A program made the translations under genes and the position numbers. From Octopus vulgaris (Eukaryota), in assembly GCA_951406725.2 (NCBI GenBank), contig OX597824.1:34534001-34598000 (forward strand): a stretch of DNA of 64,000 nucleotides, read 5' to 3'. Numbering within the stretch: position 1 is the first letter of the stretch; the number at the start of each line of letters is the position of its first letter. The notes under the pieces are model-generated. The model ran no database searches. It worked only from the letters and a program-made list of their open reading frames with translations, and was not told the DNA's origin. Below, piece by piece: positions 13,360 to 24,265 of this stretch.

Positions 13360-13801
13360 AACAACAAAACAAGATGAGGACAAATATCCGTCTAATGTAA
13401 ATAATGTACATTATTCCTCATCTCTTAAATATAGAACTGTGAATTTTATATGTTTAAATGACATTATAGGATATGTATAAATGGTATAGAAAATATGAAT
13501 CAGTTTGAAAAATATCTAACAATTGCTATGAAGTAAGAAGCAAAGAAACAGCCATTGTTAAAATATATAAAATGATAGAGACATTTAACTTTCAATAAAT
13601 CCCCATTCACTTGCAATAAATATATCTGAAATGATGATCAATTATTTTATTACTTCTGTTGATAAAATGTAGACACTTAACACGTTAATATAGAGCTCTG
13701 ATTGATGAACACATTCACAACAGCTAATAGCTAATTTATGTCTTGTAAACAAAATATCTGTCAAATAGTGACGGCTTCTAATAATGTGTCAACAGCATAT
13801 T

Positions 13802-14588
13802 AAGGAGAGCTGGCAGAATCGTTAGCACGCTGGGCGAAATGCCTAGTCGTATTTCGTCTGCCGCTACGTTCTGAGTTCAAATTCTGCTGAGCTCGACTTT
13901 GCCTTTCATCCTTTCGGGATTGATTAAATAAGTACCAGTTACGCACTGGGGTCGATGTAATCAACTTAATACCTATGTCTGTCCTTGTTTGTTCCCTCTG
14001 TGTTTAGCCCCTCGTGGGTAATAAAGAAATAGGTATTTCGTCTGCCGCTACATTCTGAGTTCAAATTCTGCTGAGGTCGACTTTGCCTTTCATCCTTTCG
14101 GGGTCAATTAAATAAGTACCAGTTTCTGCACTGGAGTCGATATAATCGACTTAATCCGTTTGTCTGTCCTTGTTTGTCCTCTCTGTGTTTAGCCCCTTGT
14201 GGGTAGTAAAGAAATAGGTATTTCGTCTGCCTCTACGTTCTGAGTTCAAATTCTGCCGAGGTCGACTTTGCCTTTCATCCTTTCGGGGTCGATTAAATAA
14301 GTACCAGTTTCTGCACTGGAGTCGATATAATCGACTTAATCCGTTTGTCTGTCCTTGTTTGTCCTCTCTGTGTTTAGCCCCTTGTGGGTAGTAAAGAAAT
14401 AGGTATTTCGTCTGCCTCTACGTTCTGAGTTCAAATTCTGCCGAGGTCGACTTTGCCTTTCATCCTTTCGGGGTCGATTAAATAAGTACCAGTTTGCGCA
14501 CTGGAGTCAATATAATCGACTTAATCCATTTGTCTGTCCTTGTTTGTCCCCTCTGTGTTTAGCCCCTTGTAGGTAGTAAAGAAATAGG
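13802..14588 (+). mobile_element. SINE family B with one head and four tandem ~185-bp body units
   Basis: Head gagctggcagaatcgttagc; unit junctions aggtatttcgtctgcc at 14031, 14216, 14401; B-box gagttcaaattc in each unit. Confidence 0.9.
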
Positions 14589-15679
14589 TTATTGTATTTG
14601 AAAAGACAATGAGAAGCCAGAGAATTTCTATGAATTAAAACCTTGGGTACATCTTGCAAAGCCAACCCAATTTCATTTAACAGTTCTAATCCACACCCAC
14701 AAGCCTTCACCTTCTAATACACTACAATCATTGATCTTGCTATAGAGGTGATACATGACTACCCCACATTTTGTGTAGGTGGGTCACAGTAGCTGTAAGG
14801 AAGATAGAGATTGTGTTGACAAGGTGTCAGAGCAAACTCTCAAGGTATATGAAAGTGAGTATAAGAAAGAATATCGACAGTGGAATAGTAAGAAGGATAA
14901 TGTGGGCAATTTCATAAGGGTGTGAGAGGAAAGGAACAAATGTTTAAAGGTGAGGGTAGAGGTGGATGCTGTGAGTGATGAAAAAGGGTGGGGATGTAGT
15001 TGATGGTAAATATCAGAATGGAAGGGAGGAGGTGGAAGAGATAGAGATAGAAGTGTTTGAGGGAGGAGAAGGTGACAATTAGCAGCACATGAAGGGTGGA
15101 GGACAGCAGTACCATATATTCATGGACAGATAAAAAATTTGGGAGATGGTGTGCAGAGTGTGAGAATAAAGAGGGAGGGTGATAAACTGGGAGAGATGGA
15201 GGTCAGAGGGTGGCTAAAGTGAGTAGGGCAACAAAGGTGGAAGGATCATCAATAGCGGATATGAGGTGTTGAAAATGATAGCAAATAGGAGAGGTGTTAA
15301 AGATGAAATATGGAAGACCTAAGGTTTAGCTCAGACATGAGGTGGAGACTACTGAAGGCACAGAAAGTGAGGTGATCATTGGAAGTAGCATGGACAGGGA
15401 TGATAATAAAAGTGAGGTTATTGGCAGTGCTAAAGTATGTGCTGATTATCCTCTCAAATGATTGCAGCAGTTGAGTAGTACACTAGTTAGAAGAGTGATG
15501 GAGGGGTGAATATTAGGAAGATGAGATGTGCGTGTGTCTTTCAAGAAGTTGCTTGATGCAGACAAATTGGGTATAGACCCAGCATGGACAAGAACTAGCA
15601 TAATACTTCTAGTATCTCACTTTCACTGTGATGGGTGAGTCTTCCTGAGTACAGCAAAAAAACCCAAAAAAACAATCAT

Positions 15680-15960
15680 TTCAGTTGAGTGGATTTGGTA
15701 AATGGAAACTGAAAGAAACCCTTCAAATATGTATGTGTGTAGGTATTTGTGTGTCTACATTTATCCCCCACCATCGCTTGACAACCAATGTTGGTGTGTT
15801 TGCATCCCTATAACTTTGTGGTTTGGCAAAGGAGACTGATAGAATAAGTACTCAGTTTGCAAAGAATAAGTTCTAGGGTCGATTTGTTTGGCTAAAGGTG
15901 GTGCTCCTGCATGGCTGCAGTCAAATGACTGAAACAAGTAAAAGAATAAAAAGAATAAAG
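15680..15960 (+). mobile_element. SINE family A, 5'-truncated
   Basis: Body and tail similarity to the other family A copies. Confidence 0.8.
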
Positions 15961-16737
15961 TAGATATACCGCCTGGATTTTTAAAGATAATAAAATTGTT
16001 ATAATTATGATTTTTTAAGGAGCATCAATAATATAAGTGAAGTAAAATGGCTGAACCTGGGAACCCGGTCATATGCTTGGTATTCTGAAATATTTCTCGA
16101 ACACGATGTCACTTGACTTTAAAAGACAACAGTAATAAATGTTTCTTAAAATTTAGTACCATGTCTTCAAATTTTAAAGAGATGAGGACAAGTTGAAGGT
16201 CTGTTACCTATTTGAAGGAATTTATATCATAATACAGTAAAATTAAACGAACTGGAAACTGAATTTGGAAGTATATATACAAATAATGGTGAAAAAAATA
16301 TGAAAAATAAGGAAAAATAATTATGAAAAAAAAAAAAAGGATGAATTGGTGTTTTAGCTCACGTTAATTAAAAAAACTAAAATGGGATTTTATTCATCCA
16401 AGATTAGTGGTAGGAGCTGGCAGTATAGGATCATATTTAACTTATCACCGTCATTCATAAACAGAAACAACAGCAGAAGTATGCATACATTGCCTCAGGT
16501 GTATATTATAACAGCAAAGAAACTTGTTGAGAGTTGTCTCTTGCATTTATAAATTATTATTATGTAACGACAGAAATTGATTTGGTACACAATATTTTGA
16601 AATGTCGAAGTCTGCATTTGTAATGATAAAAAGTTTGTTGTAATTGAATACCGTAAGATGTGACTGATTGATGCATGAAGTTTTAAGGAAATATTTATTT
16701 ACCGTTACTTACAAAAACCTTGCCTCGACGGGCAGGT

Positions 16738-17282
16738 TATAATAAATCCAAAAGCATGCAAAGTAAAGTTTATGTTTGTGTCCTCTTCATTGTTTAGTTG
16801 TAAATACAGAGAGAGATAGAATGATGTTGTAAGAGAACAGAATTAGAGCTAGAGAGAATTGTAGGATGTTGTCTCACAGTTGCTTTCTCCCTCTGACTAA
16901 GATTCTAGCTGGTCAGCCAGACTTCGTTGAGTCATCACCGACCGTGACTAACTCCGTTGAGTTGTCACGACTATGATGAACTGATTTTTGCTTGGGGTAT
17001 GCTTGCTTTTATAACTATCTAGAAGGATAGATATATCATTGAAAACAATAGATTTAGTTGGTGGTCTTGTTATCTCTATTCTAGCTTTTGGTGAAGTAGA
17101 AGAGGTTAGAAAGGGTCAAGTGGTGAAGACATTATTTCGGCCTAGCTAAAGGCATCTGAAAAATCTAAAATCGCTGTCAAAGAAAAACCATTGTTCCATC
17201 GTGGGAAAAGTTCTGTTGCAGTGTTAATTTAAATTTGGGTATGGTGAATCGAATCCACTTCATGCATGCAAGATTCACTACA
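16738..17282 (-). mobile_element. Possible solo LTR
   Basis: Minus strand starts TGTAGTGAATC, with a degenerate inverted copy at the other end and an internal TATAAAAG (~17005-17013). No clear TSD. Confidence 0.35.
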
Positions 17283-17722
17283 ATTAAAATATTATAATTA
17301 TTTCTACTTTTATTTTAATGGTCCCCACATTAAATAAGTCAACACCACTTTGATTATTGTTTTTCATGTGTTATTTGCTCTCTAAAGTATCCTAATTTTT
17401 GACACCCTCACTACTTCAGCAAATACGTTTTGATGCTGAGGTCAGAATAAAACCGAAACATACCCCAAACTGTTTCCTAAGCATACTAAGATAATTGTTT
17501 CTATTTTGGGCTCAAGACCAGCAGTTTCAATGAAAGGGAGTTGGTCGACTACATTGACCCCAGTTCATGACTGGACTTTACTTTTTATCCATCACGGAAA
17601 AAAAAAAATGAAGGCTCAAATTGATTTGGGCGCGATTTTGCAGAATGAGTCGGAATAAATGTCTCCTAAAGTATGACACGCTAGCAATCTTGCAAACGCG
17701 ATGTCTACTAACGTTGTTTCTT

Positions 17723-18119
17723 AAAGGGGCGAGCTGGCAGAAACGTTAGCACGCTGGGCGAAATGCTTAGCGGTATTTCGTCTGCGTTACGTTGTGAGTT
17801 CAAATTCCGCCGAGGTCGACTTTGCCTTTCATCCTTTCGGGGTCGATAAATTAAGTACCAGTTACGCACTGGAGTCGATGTAATCGACTTAATACCTATG
17901 TCTGTCTGTCCTTGTTTGTCCCCTCTGTGTTTAGCCCCTTGTGGGTAATAAAGAAATAGGTATTTCGTCTGTCTTTACGTTCTGAGTTCAAATTCCGTCG
18001 AGGTCGACTTTGTCTTTCATCCTTTCGGGATTGATAAATTAAGTACCAGTTGCGTATTGTGGTCGATCTAATCGACTGGCTCCTCCCCCAAAACTTCGGG
18101 CCTTGTGCCTAGTGTAGAA
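17723..18119 (+). mobile_element. SINE family B, dimeric
   Basis: Head plus two body units, same sequence as 13802-14588. Confidence 0.88.
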
Positions 18120-18539
18120 ATGAAATTTGCTTCTTATCAACTTCAATTATTTAACACTAATTATTAATTATTATTTTAAACGCAATGTGTTAATTGTCAT
18201 TTCCTGTATATCCGGTGTGTTTGCACAGAAAATTAGAAATCAAGTTCTTCGTTTTTCTTTTCTTTTTTTTTTGGTTAAGTGTTATACTATATGTAACGGT
18301 ATTTTTTACATATTCACAGTTTTTTTCATATTTTTTTTATATATCCGGGTCATAACCGCAACAAATTTTTCTGTCTTTATTTATTCTGAAGAGTTTCGTT
18401 CTGGTTCATTTCGAAAGACAGACGCCAATATGATGTTGTTGCTGGTGTTGTTGTTATCTCGACCATGATCTGACTAAAGTTATTCTTATTTACCGTATCA
18501 ATATTTCAATCTCGACTAAATTTGTTACAGAAAGACACT

Positions 18540-18620
18540 ATGGAACGATTCTTAACAGCATTTATTCTGACACTGTTGTTTATTCACAACTCCGCCGTGT
18601 GCCCTAAACCTAAATACATT
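18540..18620 (+). CDS. IL17R-like exon 1 (signal peptide [27 protein letters not shown])
   Basis: ATG at 18540, hydrophobic leader, donor GTAAGT at 18621. An upstream acceptor-like tttgttacag ending at 18530 suggests an earlier non-coding exon. Confidence 0.75.
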
Positions 18621-19477
18621 GTAAGTATGACAATTAATGCAATAATTTCATTTCAGCAATTTATGTATTTTATCTCGTTATCTAGGTATTTCTACTTCAT
18701 CTTTTGAAATAACTATCTTTTTAAGACTGTTTTCTCAAGTTATTATTTTTTTTTTTCCTTTAAAATCTCTACGAACTTTATTTTGTTGTCAGTGCTGTAA
18801 TTCGGTAGTCTTGAAATGAATAAGCATCGATTTATTTCTACGAACTTAACCTGTTTAATCATTCTTTACGTTCTGAGTTCAAATTACGTCGATCTAATCG
18901 ACTTTGCCTTAGAGTAGAAAAGTATATTGATCTATATACAGTTATTAATAATACAGTTAACAATAATCTACAAGCAACTGATATTTGATTATACGATAAT
19001 TAAATTTATCACCGTATGATTTTAGGCATTCTTCCGTTAGTACAAGTTCAATCAAGCATCACTCATCTTGTATTGACACCTGTTGGATTGTCAGAGCATA
19101 CTAACAACAACCACAACAGATAAGTTTCGCTAGGTCAAGCCTGCTCGTGCACACCTATAACTAACTAAACGTATCTCAAGAATGACTATTCTGTGTTTTT
19201 CCTTTGAGCAGGGAGCCCCAAACCACGTTCTCCATGCATCCTTATCAAAAGCGATTAGGAAGAATTTGAAAAAAAGTTGGCTGCTATTTCTAGAGCGTCG
19301 ATCGCTTACTCAGGGAGAGCCCCCCCCCCCCCACCTCGTTTGTTTGTCAAACACTAAAGTAAACAACTAAAACGAACATGGATGTAGTTTCAGTTTTAAA
19401 ATATTTACATTTGGTGAAGAAACCTAATTTGTTCTCACACCCCGGAAACCTGACGTAAATGCGCGCGCGGAGCGCAG

Positions 19478-19512
<35 letters not shown>

Positions 19513-19778
19513 TACACACATATATCTAAATCAGGATTTTGGGGGATCATTTTCTGATGAATTAGAATTTTTTGAGTAGGAACATTAGGGTGAATATTTC
19601 TTAAAAAACCCATTCTATCCTCGGTGTGGAATAATTTTTTTCCACAGGTTTTTTCGGGTGCATTCAACATATCTCACCTCCAAACACGTTGCAAGCCACT
19701 TTAATACGGAAAAGAAATGAGTGGAGGGGTGGTGGGGACTCCGAGTTTGCTGCCAACAGAGTTTTGTTTCACACACAC

Positions 19779-19811
<33 letters not shown>

Positions 19812-19812
19812 A

Positions 19813-19883
<71 letters not shown>

Positions 19884-19936
19884 GCGAATGGAAGAAGAAA
19901 ATTTGTAACAAAAAAATTCATCTTTCCATTTCAACA

Positions 19937-19976
<40 letters not shown>

Positions 19977-19979
19977 TAT

Positions 19980-20028
<49 letters not shown>

Positions 20029-20118
20029 CACACATATATATATATATACACACACATATGTATATATATATATAACTATGCATATGTAGATATATATATA
20101 TATATATAAGCATATATG

Positions 20119-20159
<41 letters not shown>

Positions 20160-21620
20160 GCATATATAAATGTATATGCATATATAAATGTATATGCATA
20201 TACACATGTATATGCATATATACATGTATAAGCATATATACATGTATATGCATATATAAATATATTTGCCTATATAAATACTTATATATATATAAATATA
20301 TATATACTAGTTTAAGGTGACCCCCACTATGCGTGGCTGAAGGTGTGATTGTTACTTTCTGTTGCTTCCTTTCTGTTTCTTATCGCCACATTCTCCCTCT
20401 TTGTTTCTCTCTCACTTTCCCATTCTCTTACTCTTCCTTTCTCTTGGACTCTCCATCTTTCTCTATTTATCTCTCTCACATTTATAAAAAAACAAAAGAA
20501 CTTGAGAAAGTTGAGGAAGGAAATAATTTGAAAGCTCAATCATAAATATCAGGCAGTGACAACGGAAAGCACACTTGCCTTTTGTGCGTGCCATTATTTG
20601 AGTGGTTAAAAATAAGAAAACAAAGGATTTCTTTGTTAAATTTAGTACTTATTTTGGAAATTTTTCGACGATTGACCATGCAAATGAAAGCTCTAAACAC
20701 ATGCTACATTCAGTTGTAAATTTCTTTGAAAAAATATGAAAACTGTAAACAATAAAAAATAAAAGGCAAAAATACATAAAAATGAGAAATTTTTTCAACT
20801 TCAAAAATCTTGCCTTAATTTTGAAAATTTAAAACCCATTTTCCACGCTTAAGTTACAAATCCACTTCCACTTTACACTGTTGAAAATTTGATTGAAATT
20901 GGGCAAACGGTATCCAATCTAGACCCCCAAGTGTCCCCAAAAATCAATAAAATCCGTATTTCCAGCAAAGCATCCATTGTAGTGCCCCAAAACGTCTCCC
21001 AATCAATTTCTCACCTCAAATTATCCCCTCCTGTAAATTTTAATCCCCTTCCAGCCCCATTTAGACCCCTTTTTACATAAAAATCCAATTTGTATCAACG
21101 TTTGCCTTCTTCATTTTATACATTAGTTTAGATGCCAATTGCGCCAATTGAATCAATAAAAAATCACTCTTCACACCATAGCAACCGCATCTTTCCAGAT
21201 GGCAAGTTTTGACCTACTCAACTCTCTGCCTCATTACACCTTCTATGCCTGAGTCAATTTTCAGCTCAATCCGACCAATGGTCTGGCTGCCAACCTCTGA
21301 CGTAGCAAAATGTGCGCACAATTTTGACCCAAAGCCTCTTTTATATATATAGATAAATATAAATATATATATATATATATATATAGGTGAATATATACAT
21401 ATATATATATGTAAATATAAATTTATGCATATGTAAATATAAATATATAAATATAGGCATAGGAGTGGCTGTGTGGTAAGTAGCTTGCTTACCAACCACA
21501 TGGTTCCAGGTTCATTCCCACTGTGTGGCACCTTGGGCAAGTGTCTTCTACTATAGCATCAGGCCAACCAAAGCCTTGTGAGTGGATTTGGTAGACAGAA
21601 ACTGAAAGAAGCCCATCGTA

Positions 21621-21667
<47 letters not shown>

Positions 21668-24227
21668 CTGTGTTTGTCCCCCCAACATCGCTTGACAACC
21701 GATGGTGGTGTGTTTACGTTCCCTGTAACTTAGTAGTTCAGGAAAAGAGACTGATAGAATAAGTACTGGGCTTCCAAAGAATAAGCCCTGTGTTCGATTT
21801 GCTTAACTAAAGGTGGTGCTCCAGCATGTCCGCAGTCAAATAAATTGAAACAAGTAAAGGAGAGGAAGAGAAAGAGAATATATGAATATGTAAATATAAA
21901 TATATACACAAACACAGACACACACACACACACATATATAAGCCATGGGTTATGGTCTCTCTTGGCTTGCCGGGTCTTCTCAAGCACAGCATATTTCCAA
22001 AGGTCTCAGTCACTAAGCATTGCCTTGGTGAGGCCTAATGCTGGAAGACCTAATGGTCGAAGGTTGTGCTTCACCACCTCATCCGAGGTCCTCCTGGGTC
22101 TACCTCTTCCACAGATTCCCTCAACCGCTAGGGTGTGGCACCTTTTCACACAGCTATCCTCATCCATTCTCACCACATGACCATACCAGAACAGTCATCT
22201 CTCTTGCACACCACATCTGAAGCTTCTTAGGTCCAACTTTTCTCTCAAGGTACTTACACTCTATCAAGTATTCACACTGACATTACACATCCAGCGGAGC
22301 ATATTGGCTTCATTCCTTGCAAGCTTGCACATATGCTCAGCAGTTATGGCTCATGTTTCATTGTCATGTAGTATGGCTGTTCATACACATGCGTCATACA
22401 GTCTACCTTTTACTCTGAGCGAGAGACCCTTTGTCACCAGCAGAGGTAAGAGCTCTCTGAACTTTGCCTAGGCTATTCTTACTCTAGCAGTTACACTTTC
22501 AGCACACCTGCCCACGCTATTGACTTGCTCACCTAGGTAACGGAAGCTATCAACTATTTCTGGTTTTTCTCCCTGGAATGTGGCGGAAGTTGGTCTCTTC
22601 ACATCTTCAGTGTTTATTGCTCCAGAGCATCTGCCACATACAAAAACTATTTTCTTAGTTAGCCTTCCTTTGACATTGCTGCTCCTCTTATGTGTCCATA
22701 GCTTACACTTGGTGCATCTTATAGAGTTTCTACCTACGTCTTTTCTACAGATCGAGCAGGGCCATCTACCTGAAGGCGTTTGTGATTTTTCTACCTTCCT
22801 ACTTATTAGGACTTTGGTTTTAGCTAGGTTGACTCTAAGGCCCTTCGATTCTAGTCCTTGCTTCCACACCTGAAACTTCTACTCCAGTTCTGATAGTGAC
22901 TCAGCAATTAGAGCAAGGTCATCAGCATAGAGGAGCTCCCAGGGGCATCCTGTCTTGAATTCCTGTTATTGCTTGGAGGACTATGCTAAATAGGAGGGAG
23001 CTGAGGACTGAACCTTGGTGGACCCCTACCTCTACCCGGAATTCTTCACTGTACTCGTTGCCAACCCTCACCCTACTAGCAGTGTCCCTGTACATGGCTC
23101 GCACAGCTCTCACTAACCATTCATCTATCCCTAGTTTCCTCATTGACCACCAGATAAGGGATGTGGGGACCCTGTCAAAGGCTTTCACCATGTCAACGAA
23201 AGCCAGTTATAGGGGCTTATCTTTGGCTAGGTATTTCTCCTGCAGCTGCCTTACCAGGAATATAGCATCAGTGGTACTCTTCCCTGGAACGAACGCAAAC
23301 TGCATCTCATCTAAACTAACTCTCTCTCTAATTAGTTGGGCTATGACCCTCTCTGTAACCTTCATTACCTGATCCAACAGCTTGATACCTCTGTAATTAT
23401 TTGTATCTAGGGTGTCACCTTTACCTTTGTAGCAGTTGACTATTATGCTGCTGCACCAGTAATTGGGTATGACTCCTTCGTGTATCACCTGGTTAACTAT
23501 ACGGGTGACTAGGCTATAGCCGACACCGCCAGATATTTTGAGCATCTCTGCAGTGATTCCTGATGGGCCTGGGGCTTTCCCTGTCTTCATGCTTCTAATT
23601 GCCTCATCTACCAAGGAGCTCTCAACTTGGATAGCTGGTCCCTCTGTTGGGTTGACATTCAGCAGACTCTCTTTATCCCATTCATTTTCTTTATTGAGCA
23701 ACCTTTCATAGTGGCGTTTCCAAGCCTCTCTCTTTGCATCCTCATTTAGTGCACGTGAGCCATCATCCATGTGAACACATTTCTCTCCTACCACATCACA
23801 ATTCTCTCTCACACACTGTCTTGCAACACGAAATACCTCAAGTCTTTGGCAAATTTTTTCTTATCTGCTTCCCCTCTGGCTAAATAGACCTGTCTCCTAG
23901 CTTCCCTTTTGGCAGTCTGATACAATTCCCTGCTACCACCATTTTTCCAGTCCTTCCAAGCCTGTCTCTTTTCTCTAATAGCCCTGTCTACAACATTGTT
24001 ACATTTGGGTCGAGAGGGGATTTTGCACCAGCCACAAATCTGGTCATTTAACCTCTCAGCAGGTTAAATGTATTGTAGGCCAATGATCCTAATGTTTTAA
24101 TTTTCAAATTTAGTTAATGGAGTTTCTTCTACAAGAAAAATCATTATTTTATTTTTTTAATAAATATTGTTTAATTCTGTTTATATACTATTAATAAACT
24201 ATTAATATAGTTTATTAATGTACATTT

Positions 24228-24265
<38 letters not shown>

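Larger units (their letters stand above)
12959..13439. mobile_element. Palindromic non-autonomous retroelement (tRNA head + (AAT)n + hammerhead-like motif in each arm), Penelope-pLTR-like
   Basis: Inverted arms ~12959-13186 and ~13205-13408; 13-bp TSD TGAATTTTATATG at 12946-12958 and 13440-13452. Confidence 0.75.

Noticed and set aside
18127-18468. 113-aa hydrophobic ORF upstream of exon 1
   Set aside because: T-rich low-complexity sequence with a non-ATG start and no recognisable domain; more likely promoter or 5' UTR/intron.
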